A program made the translations under genes and the position numbers. From Catajapyx aquilonaris (taxonomy: Eukaryota), in the NCBI GenBank assembly GCA_000934665.2, contig KZ538296.1:1-64000 (forward strand): a stretch of 64,000 bases of DNA. Direction: 5' to 3'. Under the pieces are notes generated by a model. The model made no database searches. It was not told the origin of the DNA and worked only from the letters and a program-made list of their open reading frames with translations. Position 1 is the first letter of the stretch, and every line of letters begins with the position of its first letter. Of the stretch, positions 25,982 to 37,115 are shown piece by piece.

Positions 25982-27672
25982 ATGTTTGTTTTTATATTGT
26001 TGTTGTCCGTGGGCCGGTTCGCCCTTAGTGATGAAGGACACTCTATCGAAACCTCTGTTAAGGTGTCTCCAGGAGTATTTTTGGCGAAAGTTGCTAGTCC
26101 TGTCGCGTACGAAACATCAGTGCCTGTGTTGTACACGTGGAGTCGAGAGAATTTAGAAAAGAACTTAACATCTCCACCGTGTGATTTTGTAGATCTAATT
26201 TCTTATTTGAACACGAAGTCTGGCTCATCCGTATATAGTGTACGTGGAGTCGTAGGAGTCGATGTCCTCCGGTCAGACGGAGAACTCCACTCCTCTTGTT
26301 GATATCGCATTGCTAAGAGTCATATACGGTCACTTTTCGTGAGTGCGACGGATTTGGCACTTACTTTACAAAATTTGCATACTTCTCCTGTTAGAGACAT
26401 CATTCCGTTAAGAGAATTATCTCAGCTGCAACAGCGGCCAAACAATACGTGTAGTCCGACGAGGCCACGACCAAATGCTATTTTATTGGGAGAAGAACTT
26501 CTCCGGGAAAGTCAACTCCGGGCGGAGCAAGAGCTGATACAGTCATGCCAAGATAGGCACATTCCTGCAGGATTTGTGGATGCAGTCCAGTTTCGATCAG
26601 ATTTAGAAACATTTCGAGAGGAAGTACGGAAATTTGGATATGACCTGGCCATCCCTCTGAGCGATGTACAACATTATTTTAAATTACCATTGGCGGATTG
26701 CTTAATATCACCTGACAAGGTAGTCGTGGGGATACAGATTCCCCTTGTCAAAATTGGACGTACATTCGAGTTTTTTCAGGTGGTACCTGTCTCGTTTGCA
26801 TGGAAAAAGATGACATGTGCTTTACCTGCTAGTGTGGAGTTTATTGCAGTTAGTGGCTCCACAGTTTTTCAGATCTCTTGCGATCCTTTTAATGCCGACT
26901 TATGTTTTGTAACACCCGCAGTTTGGGCGGCGCGTGACTTTCAGTGTTTAGACCTGGTTGTAGCAGGCGGAAGTGCCAGGGATTTTCAAAACCTTTGCCC
27001 GCTTCGTTGCGTGGAGCATGATGGGTTGCGAATTGTTAAAATTAATTATCAGAAATACGTTGTGGCGCATGCACCCAATAAGATAATTTTTAGGTGCCAG
27101 TCGATGGAGTTGGCACGTCATTTAAATCTAACATCGGATGTCGGGGCGGTTCTGTTGACCGTACCTTGTACCTGTGAAGCCCAGTTCTCCGCACACTTGG
27201 TGCTGAACCCCACCTTCCCATGTGTGGCAACGTCCCAGACTTTCTTAGTGGAACATACAATACCTATCCAGTGGGGTGCGACAAGAACGTTGCACCTCCA
27301 GCTGGATATTTCGAAAATGCTTACCCGAAATTTTCGGATATTTCGTCCCTTGTTGACGATACCTGGGATGTTCCTCACACGTCGGACGGTTTGTCCTTCA
27401 CAAATACCAGGTTTATGGTTGTGGGGGCTTCCTTGGGGATTGTGGCGTTTGTCCAGGTCACTGGGTTGGTCATTTTGGGCCTTTACATTAGGCGCCTTCG
27501 CGGATTACAAACCTGTCTATTTGGGGTACGGGAGTCACACTATCAGACTGCGCGGACGCTACAGTCCTTCCTGGCTGGAGAGTCGGTTCGCGGGCGTCCT
27601 ATTTTGCCCGTGGTCCGACCTCTTGTCCGGACGGACGAAAGTGGCTATGTGGAAGTTTCCCAATTTTTTTAG
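25982..27672 (+). pseudogene. env: Second, shortened F-type env paralog (disrupted)
   Basis: Signal peptide MFVFILLLSVGRFALS; in-frame TGA at 26300-26302; frameshift near 27300 into the TM-encoding frame. Aligns to env 23460 (YFKLPLADCLIS / VPVSFAW / VPCTC). Splice-acceptor-like tttatttcag at ~25972. Confidence 0.8.
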
Positions 27673-28155
27673 TTATTTTACTTTTATTTTATGTCATTTT
27701 TCTTGACCTTTTGGGCGTTGGTCTTTGTTTTGCCACGCTCGGATTTTGCTGATGTAATGTTTTGTATGCTTACATTGTTGAGCCACATCAGTGTCCTTTT
27801 ATTGTTCGTGATCGCGCCTCACATCAATGAAAACTGACTTTCGGTTTGTGAGGTCGCGTATCACAGTGCAGAGCACGCCTTTTTGTCCATTGGGACGTTT
27901 TGTTTTAATTATCAATTTTTCTCTCATTGTAAGATTTCTTTTTGTTGCTTTGAGTTGCTTGGGGAACACTCTCATGTTTCTGGTCGTTACTCTGGTATTT
28001 GGGACTACATTATATTTGGATATGATGGCTGTAGACATTTTGGGATGTCGCCGACGCCACTCCTCTGTGGTGGTGTCCTCCCGCTCTCTGACTTAACCCT
28101 TTTGGGCCTCGGGGGCGAGGCCTTCATTTTGTCGGGGGGGGGGGGGGGGNNNNNN

Positions 28156-28653
28156 TGTAAGGACCCTACATGGGCATGGAGACCTTATATGGGCATGAAG
28201 ACCCTCCATGGCCTTATATGGTCATGGGTACTCCACTTCGTGGCATTAACGCCAGCTCAGAGAGTTCTGGGAAGAGACACGCCCTTAGGGTGTGATTGTG
28301 GTCGGTTACTCCCAGATATAAGGAAGAAGACACAGTTGAAGAAGGGAAGACGCAGAAGAGAAGCAGAACAGTCCAGACAGCTTGGGAGCCTGACTTACAG
28401 AAGAAGAACCAGAAGGAGGGCCGAAGACCTAGAAGACGACTAGATGGCCTGACGGAATAAGACCCACCTTCCGTACCAGAGGCCATAACCGACCAGGACC
28501 ATGAGTATCCAAATGTATTAGAGTTTACATAGTATTGTTTTATAATAAAAGGCAAAAAGGAACACCTGACTATTTGTATACCCTGGAACACTCTGGGCTA
28601 CACCAAGAGAATGGCTTAACCAAATGTGAGACTACGCACCCCAGAATCTTACA
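28156..28653 (+). repeat. 3' LTR of inner element
   Basis: 498 bp copy of 22923-23417, preceded by a G-run PPT (with Ns) and followed by TSD ATAT. Confidence 0.92.
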
Positions 28654-29160
28654 ATATGTGTACGATGCGTGGTTTCGAAACTACAGGGTGTCAAATGTGC
28701 AAATTTTCTAGCATTTTTGCCCCATAAATGCTGTTACTTCGGAGGGCCACAAGGTCAGGTTAAATCTTAAATTTAACGTGTGAATTTGAAAGGTATTTTC
28801 ATTTTACATGAGATGGTCATTCATATGCGTAAGAAAATCCAAAATTTAAATTCAACATGGTTCCCAAAATGTAGATATTTTTATTACTCATTAATCGACC
28901 TACTATTCATTTTTAATGGCACTTCAAATAATACGGGAAATGTTTGCTTGTGGTTTCAGCCAAATGTGGAGATCAGAAATTGCTTTTGGTAGGATCCACA
29001 CGATCAGTGCTCATGAATCCTATCACGTGACATTTTTCAAAATTTGGCCTGCGCTACAAGCGCCGCGGAGCATGGCAAGCATCAATCCTCTTTTTGTTGA
29101 CCACAGAAGAGTACTCAGAGGTATTTTGTGCTGAAAAAAACTTTGCAACCAATACCTTTG

Positions 29161-29466
29161 TTAGGTCAGGTTCTGATGCACTATGTGTAGTGGAAGTGGT
29201 GGTTCAAAAGACAAAGAATGGCGAGATTCTACCACAGATTTTGTTTTCTTCTTGCAGTCGAACAATATTGTTTGGGAGATAGTAAGAGTTTCTTGGGTTT
29301 CATGCGAATCTTGTCTGTTGATGCCAGACCCATTTAACAACACTGAAACAAGCATTTTCAATGTCGTTGGTACTGAGTTTTGTTGGCAGTTTGGTGGGAA
29401 GGTGGAATCGAAGTGAAATCCATCCAATTCCAAAATGTCTTTTTGAATTACACGAGGGTCTTTCAA
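29161..29466 (-). pseudogene. Fragment of large TE-associated protein (DNA transposon remnant)
   Basis: DILELDGFHFDSTFPPNCQQNSVPTTLKMLVSVLLNG...LTISQTILF...RHSLSFEPPLPL resembles large repeat-encoded invertebrate proteins; lies between the TIRs at 22641 and 31211. Confidence 0.55.
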
Positions 29467-29477
29467 TAGATTTTTAA

Positions 29478-30842
29478 AAATGAGAAAGTATAGGAAGTAC
29501 TATCATGATGGTGATATACAGGGTGTTTCAACTTTTTTGTCAACAGTTATCGGAAATATTGCACAATAAGTTGCTACTTGTAAGCAGTGACTTGCAACCG
29601 GTTTGTCGAAGGAATGGGGAATATTCCCAGCGAATCTTAGGTTGAAGTGGCATACACTGCTTACAAAGTAGCAGCTCAGTGCAATATTTCCGATATCTGT
29701 TCGGACAAAAAAGTTAAAACACCCTGTATTTAAGTCTGTCTGTTGAAGATGGATGTGCATGCTTCAGAAGTCTACTGCGTATCATGTGGGTGTGGTAGCA
29801 GCACAAACACCCCCACCCTTGATGTCGCCTCCCGAGTCATGGCATCGACATGTATGAAGCAGTACACTGCGCTGAAATTCCACTTTTGCCTCAAAAAGAC
29901 AGCCAGGAAGTCGTACTCCACACTGACATAGGCATATGGAAAAGATATGTTCAAGAAGGGTCCCGAATTCACCTGCAAACAGGGCACTCCGAGAGCTTCT
30001 GCCAGGGCTGTGACGAAGGTGGCTATCAACATGGACTAATGTGAGAGGATCACTGTGTAACTTTGACTGTACTACCCTATTTGTTACAAAATATCTGTTG
30101 TTGATATGCACACAATAATGCATGACCACCTGCATTTTTTGAGGTGTGCATCGGCTGTGGCAGGAGCTCTTGAAGCTCCCTGTTTGCAGGTGAATTGGGA
30201 ACCCCCCTTGAAAGTCTTAAAACAACGGAGTGCCGTACTGTCAGGCAGAACATGTTCTCTATACTCCTAAAGGTTGGAGCAGGACTCAGCACTGTCTTCT
30301 TTTAGAGAAAGCAGAATTTCAGCACGTCGTACTGTGTGTCAACGCCATGACTTGGGAGGCGACATCAAGGGTGTTATACCTTCCTTAGTCTCTGGGTTGT
30401 TGGGTTTTTGGAGGAATAATTTGAGTCACTAAAGGAAGTATAAAATAGTTTGTATTGGGTTCTGAATAAAGCATGGAACAGCTTTGCTGGGTGGGGACCG
30501 ACTGACTCGACTCCAGGCCAGGGTGAGAGAATAGCCATAGGAGGAAAGGTAAGGAGGGGCGGCCTGGTATCATTGGCGGTTGGTTAGGAGAGGGGAAATC
30601 CCTCAAGTTCAGTCCATTTCTTAATATATGGTGCAATATACTACAGCCCACTCTTATTGCACAGTATGGTGCAATATTACAATAAATGGTGGGGGTGTTT
30701 GTGCTGCCACCACACACACATGATGCGCAGTAGACTTCTGCGCATAAACATGCACATCCATCTTCATCAGAAGTACATAAATATATCACCATCATGATAG
30801 TACCACCAAGAGCTAATGGTACCACCTATACTTTCTCATTAA
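29478..30842. mobile_element. Foldback MITE with nested mariner-type MITE (29517-29728)
   Basis: AATGAGAAAGTATAGG ... CCTATACTTTCTCATT; inner TA|CAGGGTGTTT...AAACACCCTG|TA. Confidence 0.7.
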
Positions 30843-31325
30843 AAAAATCATGATCAGTCTGTGGCATCAGGCGGAACTTTACAGGGGCCCCCCAGCCCCC
30901 ACATATAAAAATATACCCAATTCATTGCCCCCAATATGTGCCTCACTTAAATAACACATCAATAACACTTAAATAACATAGTAGTAGTCTGTGGGGAACC
31001 AGGTATTGTTATTTGTAATCCGACTGACGTACTATATCCGTTGGCTGATACGTTCACATGGAATATGACTCATAACTCTTGACCTAGTGTCATGATCACG
31101 TGGATCCTACCAAAAATCTAAAGCTTAAGCAATGCAGATTACATGAAAAAAAAATTGTGCTTTTGTCCGACCTGTCCCCATCCAGTCGAATTTTGACCCT
31201 AAGAGCCCCCACTCACAATGAGCTGAGCTTAAAATGGCAGATGCGTGTGGGACAAGAGTCCGATGCGTCCTCACTACTCATAAAATTTCAGCATACACAG
31301 GGGAACAGCCCGCGTCTGGAAACAA

Positions 31326-33430
31326 CTACCCACTAGCTGTAAGTTCTGGGTCGCGTGGTTGAGACAGGTTAGACGTCTCCCTTTCGGTTGGTGATACGGG
31401 AGGAGATGGAGGTAGCATCGCCCTTTGCGCTTTCACTTCTTGCATGATCTCCAAATCAGGCTGGGCCCTAGGCATCTGCCGAGAACATGAGTTAGCTGGC
31501 GGCATGGTGGTCTAGTGGTTACGCCGCTGGCCATCCAAGCGGGAGGCCGGGGTTCAAATCCCGTCCCCGTCACCTCTGCTGGGCCGGGTCTTTTTCCGCT
31601 TTTCACCCGACATGCCGGAGCAGAATTGTACTCCCTTCTCTGCTCGGGCCCAGGGGAAAAGGCCTGGTGTTAAAGAATGTCAGAAATGGCTATCGCACGG
31701 CGCCCTCCCTTGGGAACTTCCCCTTCCCCCCAAAGAGTGCAACGAGCTCTATCACGGGGTAACAAAACAAAACAAAACAAAACAAAAAACATGGGTTAGG
31801 TGAATTTTGTCTAGGGGCCAAATCACACCCCATTGGAAAAGAAATCATGCGAGCCTGTCGTGTAAGCTTTCTACGCACTTGACTTACTGTCCAACAAAGG
31901 CCAGTCACAAACACTGCGAGTGTGACCACCACCATTCCCAGAAGTATGATCACTGACTGATACCAACCAGCCTCCCATGCTCCCATGCCTCTGTGGAAGC
32001 GGGTGTCCACGACCCGTTCAGCGCTGACTGCACCGATGAAAAAAATAAAGCATTAGGTGCAAAATGACTTAGAACATGCAGGTCAGCAGTCCCGACCCAA
32101 GCTGCAGGGGTCAGAGGGTGTAGGGTCAGCTCGGTCGTGTGGGGCAAATAACATGGAAATGGAGGGGGCAACAAAATGCCTTCCCTCATCAGCAATGTGC
32201 ACTGGCACGGGATGCGTACCAGTACCCCTGTTTGCCTGGGCAATGTTATATCACTGACATTTCCAGAGCAATTAACCCTAAAACCTCCCCTGAAGTGTGT
32301 CAGGATATACGAGTGTGGCTCCATTTGCAAAATTACTAATTGGGTTTTCGTGCTACACTCCAGTGGACAAAAGTCACTCAACTTCCCCACCGGTCCTCCC
32401 TGAATAACTTGAGTAATGCATCGGAGATCTTTCGATCCCGATGCATATACGGAAGTCACATGGCATAAAGGGTCATGCAGAGGGTTGCAAGTTGGGACCA
32501 AGATGTCAGAAGATGTATGTACTACGGCGGGTACCTCATACATCTTCTCTTGCAACTTAATTTTGCACAGGTGAGTCTCCCCCCACGCAAAGGTGATTGG
32601 GGACACTCTGTATAATTTATACTGAGCGTCCGACGTTATCAAAGGGACGTTTACCACAATCGCTACTACAGTACATTAGGAGAAATTAAGCATTCTGCCA
32701 ACGTAAGTTTATAGTAGCTATTGAGATCGTCTGTACCTAGAGCAATCTGATAACCTGCTCTCCCCATCCTTTTCTCCAAGTCTTTTAGTGCTGACAATAA
32801 TTTGGCGGGTTGAATTAACGCATACGAAATCAACTCCATTTGGCAGTGAGTGATCGCATGCTGACGTAGAAGAAAGCGTTGCAGCTTAGCTACTTCTCCA
32901 GCGAAGCTCTGGTCAGACCCGAACGATGCTGGAGCCGGCAAAGGTACCGACGTCGCCATGAAATCAAACTGCTGGCCAATTTGAGTTTGTTGCAAAAGCT
33001 GTTTAAACAAACTAAACTCAGTCACAAAAAGAGACTTGACGTGACTTCGCATCAATGGGCAGCAGTAATTAAACAAAGTCCCGTCCGAGGTGATCATCTG
33101 CCAACCTGTTTTCTGGGCTACCAGGTGAGCCTTGCACAGGAATGCCTTATAAAACCGTCTGTCCATCCCTGATGCTAGTCGCGCTATCAAACATTCCGTC
33201 GAATTATCAATGCAACGGCGACTGAAGGTTGCCTGCGTATCCCCCAAGGGAATCTCATAAATTAGCGGTACTGTCGTTGCGTAAACCACAGTTTCAGGTA
33301 AAGCCTGAAAATGCAATCCCGGTGTCACTTCCACCTTTGGGTTGGTTCTCGCCTGGCATGCAAGAAAGAATGCAAGAAAGAGGACAAGCATTGTTAGAAA
33401 AAAGTAAGTACCATACCTAATGTACCCCAC
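31326..33430 (-). pseudogene. env: Third, shortened F-type env paralog (frameshifted, SINE-interrupted)
   Basis: Signal peptide MLVLFLAFFLACQA; YYKLTLAECLIS, SPITFAW and IPCQC motifs. Frameshifts at ~32670 and ~32000. TM VIILLGMVVVTLAVFVTGLCW; tail resumes after the SINE and ends at TAG 31326. Confidence 0.8.
31496..31787 (+). mobile_element. tRNA-derived SINE inserted in env cytoplasmic tail
   Basis: A/B-box head; (CAAAA)n tail; TSD AACATG(A/G)GTTAG at 31484 and 31788. Confidence 0.8.
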
Positions 33431-33523
33431 AAGCCATGATGGAGACGCACTAAAGCAGAAGGTGTGACCTCCATCCGGTCATGTACTATTTATGCTTAAT
33501 TTCCCCCCCTCTTTCTTTCCTGT

Positions 33524-33898
33524 TTATGGTTTATCTATTCTGCGTGACTTACGAACCTCTCTTTCAGATGCTGAATGGACCTGACTGCCTTCGAATGAGC
33601 ACGCACGGTGGTCATCCTTGCGGACTGATGTCCTTCCTGCCTGAGATTCTGAACAACCTTCCCCGTGACGTGCAGTCAACTGGTCCTTGTACATACCGTA
33701 CAGTGTAGTGTGCACCGTCGTGGTTGCTTCTAATTTAACTTCCAGATCTCGTATTTTCGGTTGGCAACTATCTCTAGCTCCTTTTCGTCCGACGTTTCTT
33801 GACCATCCGAATAAATCACGTTGTAATCGCTTAATAGCCTGATGAATCTCTCTAACCTCTATTACGTTCCTTGACATAGCGTCAAAGTTATCTAACAA
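33524..33898 (-). CDS. Putative accessory coiled-coil ORF of outer LTR element
   Basis: ~124 aa open frame between PBS and env with heptad-like stretches (IEVREIHQAIKRLQRDL; KIRDLEVKLE); no family recognised. Confidence 0.35.
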   Translation of the reverse strand: MLDNFDAMSRNVIEVREIHQAIKRLQRDLFGWSRNVGRKGARDSCQPKIRDLEVKLEATTTVHTTLYGMYKDQLTARHGEGCSESQAGRTSVRKDDHRACSFEGSQVHSASEREVRKSRRIDKP

Positions 33899-34019
33899 CG
33901 TTGTAAATGCAAATCTACCTATACACTTATGCCTACTACCTGAATTGAGACACCTGGTTTAGATTCCTCTTTCACACTTCACTCTCAGAGCATTTAGAAC
34001 CATCTAACCTCCACCACAT

Positions 34020-34855
34020 TGTAGATTAGTGGCAAATCATGATTAAGTTAAATCAAGTTAAGGGAGTTAGGCCACTATTCTTCCAAGTAGGTCCCTGAGA
34101 GGTTCCCACTTGTGTACCGTTCGGATGTTTCTCAGATGATGAGAGTGTAGCGGGGAAGACAGAACCATAAACACAGAGTCTCAGACAATCACTGTTTTCT
34201 TCAGGTAAACACATTGACAGGTTATGATCACACCCTTGTGTTGTCATCTCACCCTAGTTGGTCGTACCCTGGTAGCTTCTAAGGAAGGCCCTCTGGCTTC
34301 TGGGTAAACGATGAGAGTTTCTTCTGGATGCGTCAGGTCCTGGCCTCGCTGGATGGTTAGGACCGCTTGTCAGGTTCTGGCTTCTGGTCGTCAGGCTGGC
34401 TTCTGGCTTCGGACTACGTAACTCTCGACCTCTTGGACCCAAGTGCCCAAGAGTATTCTCCTGTTCTTAACAACCCACCAGTATTTATGGAGTCGAGGCC
34501 GGCAGTTAACGACGTCAGAATCCTGGGGCAATTACCCTTCAGGATTCACATGACTTTACATACAAGTACAGGACGTGTGGTCCACGAAGGAGGATGTGTC
34601 ACCAGATTCAGGATTCATGAGGTATGCTGGCTATTCGGGGAGAACAACAATGATGAAGTCATCATTCCAATTGGGCTTTGACAGTGTGGTTGTGACCAAA
34701 AGGTCTAAAATCCACAGTGTTGTAAAGAGTGACTCGGCCCAGGTTGTGGTGAAGCTTATGCTACCACAAGTTCCCTAAAATAGTGTACAGCCAGTGCCCT
34801 TTCAGCAAGACATTGAATCAACGTAAAATGCCAAAAATAGCAGAATAATGACACA
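34020..34855 (-). repeat. 5' LTR of outer element
   Basis: Diverged copy (several indels) of 21001-21850; PBS TGGTGGAGG at 34016-34008. Confidence 0.85.
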
Positions 34856-34894
34856 AATAAGTTATTATTGAAATTCAGCCAAAGCTCTAGAAAT

Positions 34895-35136
34895 TTATTC
34901 AGCATTCTTAAGCTTGATTGCCACCAGTTCTGATTTTGTCAGGATAAAGAGGATCTCAGGTGTTGCTTGAGCCCCTATAATTTCCTCTGAAGACTCCAAG
35001 CTGACGACCTGTTGGCGAGCCACTCGCTGTGTGCAAGTTCCAGCCCATCTGTTGCGCAGTTCTGAGCCCAAATCAGAGGGCTGCCAGTAGATGTAGATGT
35101 GTCGACGAAGGTCACAGATTGCAGCATACGATAAAT
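34895..35136 (-). CDS. NUDCD1: NudC domain-containing protein 1, exon 8 (last)
   Basis: DLSYAAICDLRRHIYIYWQP...LRNR...ARQQVVSL...LFILT...; TAA at 34897-34895. Confidence 0.9.
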
Positions 35137-35195
35137 CTAAAAGATTAGTCTCAAATTATGCAATGTCCAAGGGGTGCACTCAGCATATGACTAAC

Positions 35196-35409
35196 CTGAT
35201 GGGCATACAGTGTACTTCCTCTGCAGCTTTGATGCTTGAACATATCCCAGTGCAGAGAAAGTTCCATGGTGGCGACAAGACCATTTCTTGCTGTCACCAG
35301 TGACTGGCTGCCATACCAGTCCATCCACATCATGTCTAATGCAGAATGCTGGCATCATCTCTCCATCTACAAATGTAGTAAACAGCCACTGGTGACCTCC
35401 CAGGTCCAC
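35196..35409 (-). CDS. NUDCD1: NUDCD1 exon 7
   Basis: VDLGGHQWLF...FCIRHDVDGLVWQP...FSALGYVQASK; canonical splice sites. Confidence 0.92.
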
Positions 35410-35467
35410 CTGAGAAAATGTGATAAAATAATGTTTTGCAGAAGCCCAGTTGTTTTAATAAACCTAC

Positions 35468-35686
35468 CTGGTGGGAAATTTCACCTGTACTACAGTTAAG
35501 TCTCACAAGGAGAGCTTCATCATTCATGAAGCCATCACACTCTTCCAGATGCTGGACATTGTAAGGCTGAGTGGGAGGGGTTGGGGATTTATTCTGTTCA
35601 GTTTTTTCCTCCTCATCAGCTGCATCATTCTTGGCGATGTCCTCTCCAGCTGTATTCTGCTTGGTTGCACCTTCTCCAGCTGCTTC
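35468..35686 (-). CDS. NUDCD1: NUDCD1 exon 6
   Basis: ...YNVQHLEECD...ISHQ; phase 0 on both sides. Confidence 0.85.
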
Positions 35687-35869
35687 CTAGGTGTATGCCA
35701 GGGCAATAGTTACAGGCAGGGCGATGCAGGAGGGGGAGGGGAGCCCAGCACTACTAAGCAAGTGTAGGGGCCCCGTCAGGGGCCTAAGAGCCGAACTTCC
35801 ACTGTCATGCCAAGAATGCCCCAGGCCAGCCCCCCGCAACTCCCTATCTAGCCCTATAGGTAAGGCTGC

Positions 35870-36448
35870 TTAACCCTACGATGGTGATGTGCAAGAAGTT
35901 CTTCCTCTGGTGAGTGGGCACATTTTGTGACCAAGTCACATTTTTTGTTATAACTTGGGAAATATAGGACATTTGGACTTCATCTTTGAAACAATCTTGG
36001 GTTGATCCTTCTGCGATGAATGTAGTTTATAAATTTGAGCAGATAGTACGACAGTAAAAAAATCAATTATGCACCGATGCATATTTGGGGCCATAATGTG
36101 CTCGTGTCACCTAGGCCGAACCAGTTTCCTTTCGAAAGCCCAAAACCAGAGCTGGCTTCATGAATCACTAGCTTTCCAGAGGGGGTACCTGAGCTCATCA
36201 GTACTGATAAGCCCAGGTCCCCCCTCTGTAAAGCAGGAATTGATGGAATGCAGTCTTCGGCCCCAACTACGCATCGGTACATACTTATATTTTTCCTGAT
36301 CGTGCTATTTACTCTAAAAATTTAAACTAAATGCGATTAATTGCAAAAGAAATCAAACTAAGATGTCCTAAAAGATGAAGCTCATATGTGGTATATTTTC
36401 AATGTTATAGCGAAAATAGTGGCTTTGGTCACAAAAAGTGAGGGTTAA
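35870..36448. mobile_element. piggyBac-like MITE
   Basis: TTAA|CCCT ... AGGG|TTAA; related to 49356-49863. Confidence 0.7.
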
Positions 36449-37115
36449 TATAAAAGTCTCCACCAGCCTGGAATTTGATGCTGGTGCGACCCCACAGGGA
36501 TCTTGTGGTCCGAGTGGCTGACTGGCGATCTGTGAATTCCTTCAGGACGCAGCTGCAGTGGAAAGGATGGATAGGGTTGGTTCAGGTGTCTGCCCGAATC
36601 ACAAGATCCCTGTGGGGACGCACCAGCGCCGCAGACGGAGACTTTCATATTAAACTACCGTATCGTAGGACAGGGGGCTGCCCCAGGCCTACCAGCTGAC
36701 AGAAGATTTGCTGGGCAAAATGCCAATACCCAATGGTCTTTGAACACATTTGGGAGCTCTAGGCCTGATCATTTGTATGGGGGTGGGCTTTTAACACTAA
36801 CTTTTAATACTTTTAAACTTTTAAAATCTGTGTTTGGGCATGTAAAATCCGGACATGCATTACTGTGTACTGTACTAGCATACTAGAGTGTAGTGTCAGA
36901 TTATATTAGGCAGCAGCACTGCAGTGGCACTTCTCATCTACTGCTTTTGAAATTTATTGCATGTAAACTTCATTCCATTTTACCCCAAGCAATAGCAACA
37001 GTGAATCATTGGGAATCTATCGACAATTTGCATGTGACGTCATCTTGCCCTTACCGGAGATGATGAGACAAAATGGTCAGCATAACAAATGTGTTTAGGG
37101 TCTTTTATTATTTAT

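Larger units (their letters stand above)
22923..28653 (+). mobile_element. Inner non-autonomous LTR retroelement with two env-like genes (no gag/pol)
   Basis: LTRs at 22923-23417 and 28156-28653 (TGTAAG...CTTACA); 4 bp TSD ATAT; PBS TGGTGGAGGCGCTGGG; poly-G PPT. Confidence 0.92.
22641..31211. mobile_element. Degenerate TIR DNA transposon nested in the outer LTR element
   Basis: TGGGGGCTCTTAG...GACAGGTTGGACAAAAGCAC is inverted at 31147-31211. Contains a protein remnant at 29161-29466 and hosts the inner LTR element. Confidence 0.6.
21001..34855 (-). mobile_element. Outer non-autonomous env-carrying LTR retroelement (no gag/pol)
   Basis: Direct repeats at 21001-21850 and 34020-34855. PBS TGGTGGAGG lies 3 nt after the 5' LTR; PPT GGAGGGGAGA precedes the 3' LTR. 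An env-like gene lies inside. TSD not found. Confidence 0.75.

Noticed and set aside
26300..26302. In-frame TGA at the position of a conserved Cys (CC motif) in env2, suggesting selenocysteine or read-through
   Set aside because: A single TGY>TGA substitution explains it; the same gene also has a frameshift near 27300 and no SECIS was recognised.
27827..28096. Small hydrophobic ORF before the PPT of the inner element
   Set aside because: T-rich composition alone can explain the hydrophobicity; no independent support.
34960..34985. Apparent frameshift in the last NUDCD1 exon
   Set aside because: Re-reading shows ATA GGG GCT CAA; the frame is intact to the stop at 34895.
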